From contig CAVZSV010000001.1 of the NCBI GenBank assembly GCA_963778115.1, forward strand, positions 132,099-196,098: a DNA stretch of 64,000 nucleotides, in the 5' to 3' direction. The position numbers and the translations under genes are program-made. Of this stretch, positions 1 to 8,154 are shown piece after piece (the first letter of the stretch is position 1; each line of letters starts with the position of its first letter). The notes beneath the pieces were generated by a model, which was not told the origin of the DNA, did no database searches, and saw nothing but the letters and a program-made list of their open reading frames with translations. Origin of the DNA: an uncultured delta proteobacterium (GTDB lineage: Bacteria; Bdellovibrionota; FAC87; UBA2466).

Positions 1-1283
1 TCGAAGACATCCTTTATTTTCTTGATGACCCCGATGTTACCATCTCTAATTGCTGTTCTTCCCGCATGGCGAATTCTTTCTAACGTTCTGTCCAAAACAT
101 CGCGATGCTGAAAGCGATTTCCGACCGGCGCAATTTTGAAGCACCGATAAAGGCGCTTTGTAAAATTCCCCCTCTGGGAGTCATTGAGATTCACCCACTT
201 CGGCAAGTAAAGTTTTACTAATTCGCGATCTTCCTCGACAATTTCGTCCCCTGGATTAGCTCTCAGTACAATTTGAAAGGAAGGGGTCCCTCTAGTTCGT
301 GTCGACTGAGTTTCGGTCGGCCTTAACTGAGGCTGTGATTCCGGTGTCACAGGTGATGTTAACGCCTTAAGATCGGAAACAAGTACTTGCAGCAACTTAT
401 CGTCTATTTCTTCGACAATCCCCAGGGTATCCGCCTTAACTATAATTTCCGAGTCTCCATCATCAGAGCGATAAGAAATGAGGTTAGATACGAATGGTTT
501 GAGCGATTCAATATTGCGAAAGGTAAGGTTAGAGGCCATTCGCATCGAAGCGATCTCTCGTGTCGCACCACTCACGGTCGAACTTATCATGTTTTTTTCT
601 GTGTCATTCCATACTTTGGGGACAAACATTGCCTCCAAAAGACGAAATAAAACGAAGCCAGCGATGAGGAGCGTGATCACTGAAACAATTTGAGCCCAAA
701 AATAATGGGTCTCAAACGCCATGTTTCCTACTAGAGAAACCAACACCAGGCTGAGCGGAAACGCTAACGCGTGTCGAAGCAGAACTTCCGGATTGGAGAA
801 GATTCCTCCACCTTCATCTGAGTTATATCCAATTATAAGACCAAAAAGGGGAAATAGGATTGCAGTTGCAGCTACAGAGATCGCTATTACTTCACCGAAA
901 GAAGGACGCGGATTAACCTGGCCCGCGAAGTATACAAAAATGATTCCATCTGCGAGCTGGTAACAGAATACAGTCGCCAGAAGTATTGCAATGCCAATTA
1001 AAGCATTCGGGATATTTAGATGGGGAAACTCGAATATCGAGTCATTTAGTGATGGGAGCACAATTCGTGACTCGCGAAGCGAGCGTTTGCTTCTAAAAGC
1101 TTTCCAGATCTGCTGGTCCCAAAGTACGAGGAAAACAGAACCCAGAAAAGCGACGAGTGCTATCGAAAACTTGGAAGCTGGAATTGAGTTCCTAATATAG
1201 GCTGCTACTTGCGTGAAGCTGGAAATAGTTGCGTGCGATATTACTTTTATCTGGGAGACAAAATGGTAAATACAGTTAGTCAT
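1..1283 (-). CDS. Multi-pass membrane protein, DUF2254-like, running off the left window edge
   Basis: Absent from the ORF track because there is no stop in the window. Manual translation from ATG 1283 (MTNCIYHF...) stays open to base 1, with about 5 hydrophobic segments followed by GIVEEID and NPGDEIV motifs reminiscent of DUF2254. Confidence 0.65.
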   Translation of the reverse strand, partial: MTNCIYHFVSQIKVISHATISSFTQVAAYIRNSIPASKFSIALVAFLGSVFLVLWDQQIWKAFRSKRSLRESRIVLPSLNDSIFEFPHLNIPNALIGIAILLATVFCYQLADGIIFVYFAGQVNPRPSFGEVIAISVAATAILFPLFGLIIGYNSDEGGGIFSNPEVLLRHALAFPLSLVLVSLVGNMAFETHYFWAQIVSVITLLIAGFVLFRLLEAMFVPKVWNDTEKNMISSTVSGATREIASMRMASNLTFRNIESLKPFVSNLISYRSDDGDSEIIVKADTLGIVEEIDDKLLQVLVSDLKALTSPVTPESQPQLRPTETQSTRTRGTPSFQIVLRANPGDEIVEEDRELVKLYLPKWVNLNDSQRGNFTKRLYRCFKIAPVGNRFQHRDVLDRTLERIRHAGRTAIRDGNIGVIKKIKDVF

Positions 1284-1464
1284 ATCTCTGTTTCGCCCTG
1301 TGTTTCGGGTGTGCTTTCGGATGCTTTAGTTGGTCGTCGAATCGCGCAAGGTTTGGTGCGGGACCCCTCTGAATGTCGCGGATAACAGTTTCGGGACTGA
1401 TAGCTATTTCGAGCAAACACGCCATGGCCATCAGCCCACCAATAAATTGAAATAATTTACCCAT
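1276..1464 (-). CDS. Small hypothetical protein with N-terminal hydrophobic segment
   Basis: ATG 1464 preceded by AAGGA; its stop overlaps the start of the next gene. Confidence 0.5.
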   Translation of the reverse strand: MGKLFQFIGGLMAMACLLEIAISPETVIRDIQRGPAPNLARFDDQLKHPKAHPKHRAKQRYD

Positions 1465-1493
1465 GTCCCTGTATTCCTTTACTATGCTGTTAC

Positions 1494-2513
1494 TCATCCG
1501 GCAAAGACGCACGATGCGTCATCGCGATTTTGGTACCATTCCGTAGCTGCGAGCATCCGCACGACCTTGCCCGGCGGGAAATAGCCGTGTGGGTATTCAC
1601 GAGAAGTGAATCCCTGGAGAACTTGCTCTTTCTCACCGTCATCGAGTGCCTTCTCGAAGGCTTCCAAGGCTGCGAGTCTCTCCTCGATTCCAATTTCAGG
1701 ATCAGTTGGAGCAACTGAAAGCAAAATCGGTGGACTCGATGGTTCTTTTTTATTTTTAATCTTCTTAATACTTCTTAGATCTTGCTCAATTTGAGGCGGT
1801 AGCTGCCTCACTGCGAGTTGGGTGCCGTCTCTTTTTGAGGCGGCTTGTACACCGGATTGAGCCGCCTCACTTTGAGGCACCTTCTTTTGAGTTTGTTTAT
1901 CTTCGGGATCTCCGCCAGACATCGGTCCGCTACACGCAACCGGGCATATTCTCCAAACATTCCCCTTCTTGAAGTCGACCTGGACAATAGAGACGAGGCT
2001 CTTATCCTTGAGAGTCTTTAGAGCCCGGGAAATAGTAGCGTGAGGCATCCCCGTATTGGTTTCGATAAACCCCACAGAGGCCCTCACCATTCCATCCGAA
2101 GTCGGGTACCTCCAGGCCCGGCTAGAGAGCCAAAGAAACAGACGGAAACAGTCGCCAGAAAGATCCCTAAGCGAAGGCTCAGAGAAGACTCGATGGGACA
2201 GCTTGAAAAAACCGGATACCTCTTTCTGAGCAGACTCGTTTTGAGGTGGGTCATTTTGAGCTGCCCCACGTCTAGCCGTTTCTAATTGAGCTACCTCTTT
2301 TTGAGGTGCCTCAGAACAAACTACCTCATTACGAGCTTTCTCACTTTGAGGTATCACCTGGGGAGCGGACTGAAAATGAGGCACCTCATTTCGAGGTGCC
2401 TCCATTTGAACCGGAGGTTTAAATGCGAGCCCTTCGTTCTTTAGTTTCAGCGGCTCATTCACCCGAAGCGCCTTCATCCGTTCCTTTAAGTCGTCGTTGC
2501 GCCGATTACTCAT
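1494..2513 (-). CDS. Putative replication initiator (winged-helix, phage/plasmid Rep-like) with internal pentapeptide repeats
   Basis: Central wHTH-like core (FFKLSHRVF...FRLFLWL...TGMPHATISRALKTLKDKSLV); ATG overlaps the parA stop (ATGA); iteron-like repeats inside the gene. Confidence 0.65.
   Translation of the reverse strand: MSNRRNDDLKERMKALRVNEPLKLKNEGLAFKPPVQMEAPRNEVPHFQSAPQVIPQSEKARNEVVCSEAPQKEVAQLETARRGAAQNDPPQNESAQKEVSGFFKLSHRVFSEPSLRDLSGDCFRLFLWLSSRAWRYPTSDGMVRASVGFIETNTGMPHATISRALKTLKDKSLVSIVQVDFKKGNVWRICPVACSGPMSGGDPEDKQTQKKVPQSEAAQSGVQAASKRDGTQLAVRQLPPQIEQDLRSIKKIKNKKEPSSPPILLSVAPTDPEIGIEERLAALEAFEKALDDGEKEQVLQGFTSREYPHGYFPPGKVVRMLAATEWYQNRDDASCVFAG
1744..1893. repeat. Candidate replication origin: palindromic iterons plus AT-rich unwinding element
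   Basis: 15-mers resembling GCCTCA-nnn-TGAGGC start at 1783, 1805, 1827, 1849 (22-bp spacing), then 1864 and 1879; the AT-rich tract 1744-1782 is adjacent. Confidence 0.65.
2218..2412. repeat. Tandem array of about 13 degenerate 15-bp palindromic units (consensus ACCTCA-nnn-TGAGGT)
   Basis: Exact 15-bp phase, e.g. 2293 acctctttttgaggt, 2323 acctcattacgagct, 2383 acctcatttcgaggt; encodes APQxE-type pentapeptides. Confidence 0.8.
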
Positions 2514-3319
2514 TGAACACCCCCAGCCGCGCAAATCGACTTGCCTTGGTCACTCACAAGGCCCAAGCGCACCATTACTTCGTTGGAGAGAGCTAGGTAG
2601 TCGTGAGCTCCTGCGCTTTCTGCGGCATGGTGAAAGATTGTTTTTCCATACGCAGGCGCCTCCTTAAGTTTTACCGAGCGACGAATTTTAGTTTCAAAAA
2701 CGCCTTCGCCAAAGCCTGCAACAAGACCATCCCAGGTTTCCGCTGCGATCCTGGTTTGGTCGGCCATCGTCAGGAGGTAGCCGAGCACCTTTAGTCGGGG
2801 ATTGGTCCCTTCGCAAATATCTCTCACTTCTGACAGCAGCTCTTTGATGCCCATCATGGCGAAGTAGCTGGAATCCACGGGCACAATGAGGCTATCAGCA
2901 GCATTCAACGCCGAATTCATGAGAGGACCGAGGGTTGGCGGCGTATCAATAATGATAACGTCATAGCGTCCTTTAAGCTGACCTAAACGGTGAGCAAGTC
3001 TCAGTTCGCTATTGGTCATGCCGACCATTTCCCGCTCCACTCGCGCTAACATTGGGGTTGCAGGAATTAAATGGAGGCTTTCCCCCTCATAAATTACCTC
3101 CTCTGATGTCAGCTCGCGATTGAGAATAAGGTCCCCTACCGAGAGCCTGATCGTGTCAAGCTGGACACCCATTCCCTGTGTAGCGTTGCCTTGAGGGTCG
3201 AGATCAACCAGAAGAGTTCTTAGACCATTCAACGCCAACGCCTGGCTTAGATTGATTGCGGTTGTAGTTTTGGCCACACCACCTTTCTGGTTGGTAATGG
3301 CGATGATTTTTCCACTCAT
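2510..3319 (-). CDS. parA: ParA/Soj family partition ATPase
   Basis: NQKGGVAKTT deviant Walker A, DLDPQGN, IIDTPP; GGAGG RBS before ATG 3319. Confidence 0.95.
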   Translation of the reverse strand: MSGKIIAITNQKGGVAKTTTAINLSQALALNGLRTLLVDLDPQGNATQGMGVQLDTIRLSVGDLILNRELTSEEVIYEGESLHLIPATPMLARVEREMVGMTNSELRLAHRLGQLKGRYDVIIIDTPPTLGPLMNSALNAADSLIVPVDSSYFAMMGIKELLSEVRDICEGTNPRLKVLGYLLTMADQTRIAAETWDGLVAGFGEGVFETKIRRSVKLKEAPAYGKTIFHHAAESAGAHDYLALSNEVMVRLGLVSDQGKSICAAGGVQ

Positions 3320-3436
3320 TGATGCCTCCATTGTTGACTGAGCTTCCTACCCGGCCAACAATGGGGGTAGGAAACCGGGTTCGGTTTCTGTTTTTCGAGA
3401 GCCGGGGAGGTGCAACTCTCCGGCTCTTCTCTTTAC
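3320..3436 (-). promoter_or_regulatory. Structured 5' leader of the parA-rep operon
   Basis: Hairpin TTCCTACCC/GGGTAGGAA whose loop (CCATTGTTG on the mRNA) is complementary to CAACAATGG at the SD; second GC-rich hairpin at about 3398-3430. Confidence 0.5.
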
Positions 3437-3447
3437 ATCAGTTATGT

Positions 3448-3469
3448 TATACATCAATTCGGATGTATA
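3448..3469. promoter_or_regulatory. Palindromic operator between the divergent parA and XRE genes
   Basis: TATACATC-aattcg-GATGTATA, perfect 8-bp arms in an AT-rich spacer. Confidence 0.55.
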
Positions 3470-3517
3470 TCAAAACTGGAATATTTTAATTTTGATTTAT
3501 TCAATTATGATGTGGGC

Positions 3518-3709
3518 ATGGCTAAGCTTAAGCTGGACCAAATTCTGAAGCAGAAGAAGATGTCCAAGTACAAGCTCGCCCAGATTCTCGGATTGCCTAC
3601 CGCGTCAATTTTTCGCTATTTCAAACCTGAATATGACCCAAAGCTTTCAACCCTAGAGAAATGGGCGAAGGTGTTGGGTGTGCGCATTCGAGATCTCTAC
3701 GAGGAATAA
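3518..3709 (+). CDS. XRE/Cro-C1 family HTH regulator
   Basis: MAKLKLDQILKQKKMSKYKLAQILG...PKLSTLEKWAKVLGVRIRDL; likely start is ATG 3518. Confidence 0.88.
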   Translation: MAKLKLDQILKQKKMSKYKLAQILGLPTASIFRYFKPEYDPKLSTLEKWAKVLGVRIRDLYEE

Positions 3710-3905
3710 AGCTACACAAGTGGTTTAGCTCTCTTACAGCCGCGATTATCCGAAACGTCACCCGCTCGTTGGCCCACCGCAAGTGAAGCCCCCAAACTCT
3801 GCAACTACTTTGTTTTAAAGGAATTTTCTAAAATACCCGATACGTCACTGCATAGATCTACCTAATGTCGGGGCCGAGTGTCCCGCCGAGAAGGAAGGCT
3901 GAGCA

Positions 3906-5423
3906 ATGGCACTACCGAAGAAGACAAATTTCCTGAGTAAGAGTCGCCTTATGCGTGGGATTCAATGTCCGAAGAGCCTTTACCTCACAATCAACCATCC
4001 AGAACTCGAGCCTCCTTCTGATCCATCACAGCAGGCTCTTTTCGATCAAGGCCACGAGGTTGGTATAGCGGCGCAGAAGAAGTTCCCCGGCGGAGTAACC
4101 ATTACGGCCCCCTATTTCGATACGCAGGCCGCGTTCGAACAAACTGAGGACGCAATTCAAAAGGGTGCCACTAACATATATGAGGCAACATTCTCTGCGG
4201 ACGGAGTTACTGCGAAAATAGATATCCTTCACCGCGAATCATCTTCACATCCATGGCAAATTATCGAAGTTAAGTCCACTACGAGCGTCAAGGAGGAGCA
4301 CCTGACCGACGTCGCGATCCAATCTCTCGTTATGGATGGGACCAAGCACAAACACAAAGATGTGTTTTTGATGCACATCAACAATCAGGTTAAAGCCCCG
4401 GATCTCGAGAATTTGTTCACCCAAGTTTCGGTATCAGCTGAAATCGATAGTCTGAGAAAGACACTCCCCACAAAAATTGAAGAGTTAAAGGCCATAGTTT
4501 CAAAACCGGAGACTCCGAAAACCGAAATTGGTCCCCATTGTGATGATCCTTATGAATGCCCCTTCAAGGCACACTGCTGGCAACATATTCCCAAGCAAAG
4601 CGTATTTGAACTGCCCGCAATTGGAAAAAAGGCCTGGGAGTACTATGAAAAAGGAATCATCAAAATAGCTGATCCGAAATTTATTCCCTCTAAGAGCCAA
4701 CTTAGAAGAGTTGAGGCCGTCCGGTCGGGAGTCCGCTGGGTAGACTCTTCCGCTATTGGAGAGGCACTAAGCACTTGGAAGTGGCCACTAATCTACTTAG
4801 ACTTTGAAACAATCGCCTTTGCAATTCCTCGATATACCGGGACCCGCCCGTACGAGCAGATTCCATTTCAATTTAGCTGTCTAAAACAAACTAAACCCGG
4901 ACAGAAATACACTGAAGCCTTTTACCTGCATGATAGCGAAAAAGATCCGCGCGCCGAATTAATTCCGAGGCTCCTCGAAGCACTAGAAGAAAAGGGATCA
5001 ATTGTAGCCTATAACATGGGTTTCGAGTCTGGTTGTCTAGAACGTTTGGCCGCCTTTTCTCCGGAGCATTCAAAACAACTCCTGGCCGCGAAGGAACGCT
5101 TAGTAGATCCTCTTCCAATATTTCGTGCGGCTGTCTATGACTCGGAATTCAGCGGTAGCTTTAGCATCAAGCACGTAGCTCCGGCCATCTTAGGTGCAGA
5201 TCGGACCTACGACGGGATGACAATATCAGACGGTGGAGCCGCTCAACGCGGATTTCTGGCCTTGATCGGTGGCTCTCAATCCGAGGCCGAACGGGAACAA
5301 TTAACGAAGGCCATGCTTGCATATTGCAAAAAAGACACAGTCGAAATGTTGGACCTCGTCGAGTGGCTCCATGCGCAGGTAAGTAGTCCTACTCCGGCCC
5401 GTAAGGCGAGTGGGATTAAGTGA
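3906..5423 (+). CDS. DUF2779-type nuclease (PD-(D/E)XK/Cas4-like N-terminal domain + RNase H-like domain)
   Basis: LSKS...QCPKSLYL, IDIL...IIEVKS, Cys cluster HCDDPYECPFKAHCW, YLDFET, SFSIK, YCKKDT. Confidence 0.85.
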   Translation: MALPKKTNFLSKSRLMRGIQCPKSLYLTINHPELEPPSDPSQQALFDQGHEVGIAAQKKFPGGVTITAPYFDTQAAFEQTEDAIQKGATNIYEATFSADGVTAKIDILHRESSSHPWQIIEVKSTTSVKEEHLTDVAIQSLVMDGTKHKHKDVFLMHINNQVKAPDLENLFTQVSVSAEIDSLRKTLPTKIEELKAIVSKPETPKTEIGPHCDDPYECPFKAHCWQHIPKQSVFELPAIGKKAWEYYEKGIIKIADPKFIPSKSQLRRVEAVRSGVRWVDSSAIGEALSTWKWPLIYLDFETIAFAIPRYTGTRPYEQIPFQFSCLKQTKPGQKYTEAFYLHDSEKDPRAELIPRLLEALEEKGSIVAYNMGFESGCLERLAAFSPEHSKQLLAAKERLVDPLPIFRAAVYDSEFSGSFSIKHVAPAILGADRTYDGMTISDGGAAQRGFLALIGGSQSEAEREQLTKAMLAYCKKDTVEMLDLVEWLHAQVSSPTPARKASGIK

Positions 5424-5457
5424 AAATCGAAATTTGAATTAGGACCCAGGAGAAAAT

Positions 5458-8154
5458 ATGTCTACCCAGCTTGCGAAAAATTTGACCAGCGAGACTGATG
5501 GCGAAAGCGAACTCGTTAAGCAGATTGACGATGCAATCCTCGAGTGGAGCACGAACTTCTCGGATATTGCCGCCACCTTGGGGATCTCCAAGAAAGTCGT
5601 CAGGCAACGCTGGGAGGAAAAGTTTGCCGCACCTGCGCGACAGATGATCCGCGAAGGGAAAACAAATGAAGAAATCACTTCAGCTCTAGGCATTCCTAAA
5701 ACCGCTGTTGCCGCATTTCGCGCCTCAAAGACTCGAGGAGAGAGAAATGGCTCAATCAGCGAGGATGATTTTGATATTCCGAGTAGCACCAAAGACAACA
5801 CTACTTTCAGCTGGTTGCCCTTCTTCGAGGAGCTACTCACTAAGCTATGTCGCGATTTCAATGCTAACTCCTTAGCCGCTTTAGCCCACCAGATATTTGA
5901 AAACAGTCCCCTCAAGGACCAATTCAAAGACGGTAGCAGCGGTCCCGTACGCGAAATCGATCCCCTTACATTTATTGGCTATTTCAATCGAAGTCTGACT
6001 ACCGACCGAAGGAAATCTTACTGCAAGGCAATTAAGGAGCGCCTCCAGCTAGAGTCGGCCGTTCCGAGTGACTTCAATGGTATTCCCATCATCAATAATC
6101 AAGCCAGTTGGTTCTTTCCATACGAGAAGGAACGCCCATCAGACGTTTTTGAGCGACTTTGGGCTTTTTCAAATGCCCTCAACAAGTCAGATATGTCCGA
6201 AAAGGTTTTCGCAAATGCTCTGAATATTAAGGGTGTAGGGTTGTCAAAACTCACCCAAATTTGCTTCATATGCAAACCTGCCCAGTTTTTGCCTCTTGAT
6301 AAAAACACCAGTGAGTTTCTAGAAAAAAATGGCTTGCGTGAAGGTATCGAACGCATTCGGAAGTCCGAATCCTATCGCGATTATGTACAGCTGCTGGAAT
6401 CAATAAAATCAAAGCTTCCAGGACAAACATTCGCTCAGATTAGCGCGAGGAGTTACGACTTTGAGTCAAAAAGCGAAGAGACCTATTGGGCCGTTGGTGC
6501 CATGTGGGATGAGGTAGATAAGACTCCAGAGTTCATTCAGAATGGAGTTTGGATAAATGGCTTCTCTGAAGACTCAAAAGACCGGTCGCTGAATCTAGTA
6601 AAGCAAATTGGTGTTGGAGATTGGATTGCGATCAAGAGCTCCTTCGTCAAAGAAAAAACCTTTCCCTGCTTGAGAATAAAAGCTGTTGGAAAGGTAACAG
6701 AAAATATTGGCGATGGCAGAAACCTCAAGGTGAATTGGCTATTCAAGGGGCCCCCGTTCGATGTGGATGGTGCTTCATATCGTCAGACCGTCCACCGTTT
6801 GGATGATGCAGTCGATACAAAGCTCATATTCAACAACTCCTACAAGTCTTCCCGAAAAGACAAGAAGGTACCAAGCAACACTGCCGTACCAGAAGCATTA
6901 CCGATTCCTCACAATCTGATCCTATTTGGACCTCCAGGAGTTGGGAAAACGCATCAAATCTTGAGACTCCGGGGACAATTTACAACCACCGGAGGCGAAG
7001 TTGCGCAGGAGGTGCGTTTGACGGATTGGGCCTCAGACAAATCATGGTGGGAAGTCATCGCAGCCGCACTTATGGATCTGGGCCATGACGCAGCAGTTAC
7101 AGAAATCGTCTCTCACCCTTATGTAAAGGCGAAGATCGGTCTAAGTAACAACAAGACCCCGAACAACATGATTTGGCACTCCTTACAGACTCATACTGTA
7201 GATGACTGTAAGACCGTTGCGTATAAACAGCGAACTGAGCCCCTCATTTTCGACAAAGGGGAAGACTCGAAGTGGCGCCTCACCGGCAATTGGAAGGAAA
7301 CACTCTCTGATTTCGTGACCGAAGTGCAGGGATTATCGAGCGAAACCGTAACCGAAAACAAACGGTATGAGATGGTTACGTTCCATCAGAGCTACTCTTA
7401 TGAGGAATTCGTCGAAGGTATCCGGCCAGTCATTGATGATGCATCAGAGTCTGTCCGCTATGTGATCGAGAGCGGCGTCTTTAAGAAGCTATGCGAAAAG
7501 GCGCGTAAAGATCCGTCGAATTCCTATGCCCTTTTCATCGATGAAATCAACCGAGGGAATATTGCCAAGATTTTCGGTGAACTCATCACTCTAATTGAAG
7601 TGGATAAGCGCCAAGGCAAAGAAAATGAGACAAAAGTGCGCCTTACGTATTCCAAGGAGGAATTTTCCGTCCCATCGAATCTATTTATCATAGGCACCAT
7701 GAACTCAGTTGATCGTTCCATCGCTCTGATCGATCTCGCACTACGCAGGCGCTTCCGATTTCAGCGGATGAACCCTCTGCCTGATCTCGTTCCCCAAGAG
7801 ATCGGTGGGATAAAACTCCGGGAGATATATCAGGAACTCAATCGAAGAATATCTGTCCTCCTTGGAGAAGATTATCAAATTGGGCACAGTTATTTGATGA
7901 ATATCAATTCATTGTCAGACTTAAGGAGTGTTTGGTTCGAAAATATCCTGCCTCTAATCCAAGAATACTTCTTTGATGACTGGAATAAGATGAAGGCACT
8001 AGTTCCGCAATTCATCGAATCTAGCGATGTTAGCGGGATTAAGGACTTGGGTTTGGTAAGCACTTCCTCGACACGCTTTACGTCTTCTTCTGGGGATGAC
8101 AGCGACTTTGCGGACAGGTTCAAGAGACTTGAAGGTTTCCTGAAGGGTGCATGA
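5458..8154 (+). CDS. mcrB: McrB-family AAA+ GTPase #1 with extended N-terminal HTH and EVE/PUA-like domains
   Basis: GPPGVGKT, TFHQSYSYEEFVEG, FIDEINRGN, GTMNSVDRS, ALRRRF; upstream YWAVGA...GDWIAIK...VGKV EVE-like segment. Confidence 0.93.
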   Translation: MSTQLAKNLTSETDGESELVKQIDDAILEWSTNFSDIAATLGISKKVVRQRWEEKFAAPARQMIREGKTNEEITSALGIPKTAVAAFRASKTRGERNGSISEDDFDIPSSTKDNTTFSWLPFFEELLTKLCRDFNANSLAALAHQIFENSPLKDQFKDGSSGPVREIDPLTFIGYFNRSLTTDRRKSYCKAIKERLQLESAVPSDFNGIPIINNQASWFFPYEKERPSDVFERLWAFSNALNKSDMSEKVFANALNIKGVGLSKLTQICFICKPAQFLPLDKNTSEFLEKNGLREGIERIRKSESYRDYVQLLESIKSKLPGQTFAQISARSYDFESKSEETYWAVGAMWDEVDKTPEFIQNGVWINGFSEDSKDRSLNLVKQIGVGDWIAIKSSFVKEKTFPCLRIKAVGKVTENIGDGRNLKVNWLFKGPPFDVDGASYRQTVHRLDDAVDTKLIFNNSYKSSRKDKKVPSNTAVPEALPIPHNLILFGPPGVGKTHQILRLRGQFTTTGGEVAQEVRLTDWASDKSWWEVIAAALMDLGHDAAVTEIVSHPYVKAKIGLSNNKTPNNMIWHSLQTHTVDDCKTVAYKQRTEPLIFDKGEDSKWRLTGNWKETLSDFVTEVQGLSSETVTENKRYEMVTFHQSYSYEEFVEGIRPVIDDASESVRYVIESGVFKKLCEKARKDPSNSYALFIDEINRGNIAKIFGELITLIEVDKRQGKENETKVRLTYSKEEFSVPSNLFIIGTMNSVDRSIALIDLALRRRFRFQRMNPLPDLVPQEIGGIKLREIYQELNRRISVLLGEDYQIGHSYLMNINSLSDLRSVWFENILPLIQEYFFDDWNKMKALVPQFIESSDVSGIKDLGLVSTSSTRFTSSSGDDSDFADRFKRLEGFLKGA

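Noticed and set aside
387..1200. Short + strand ORFs here and similar short antisense or nested ORFs across the track
   Set aside because: They are shadows of longer, motif-bearing genes on the opposite strand or in another frame, with no motif support.
2218..2412. Repeat array as a CRISPR array
   Set aside because: The units are contiguous 15-mers with no unique spacers, lie in frame inside an ORF, and no cas operon is present.
3906..5423. DUF2779 protein as Cas4 of a CRISPR system
   Set aside because: It only shares the Cys-staple nuclease fold; there is no cas1, cas2 or array.
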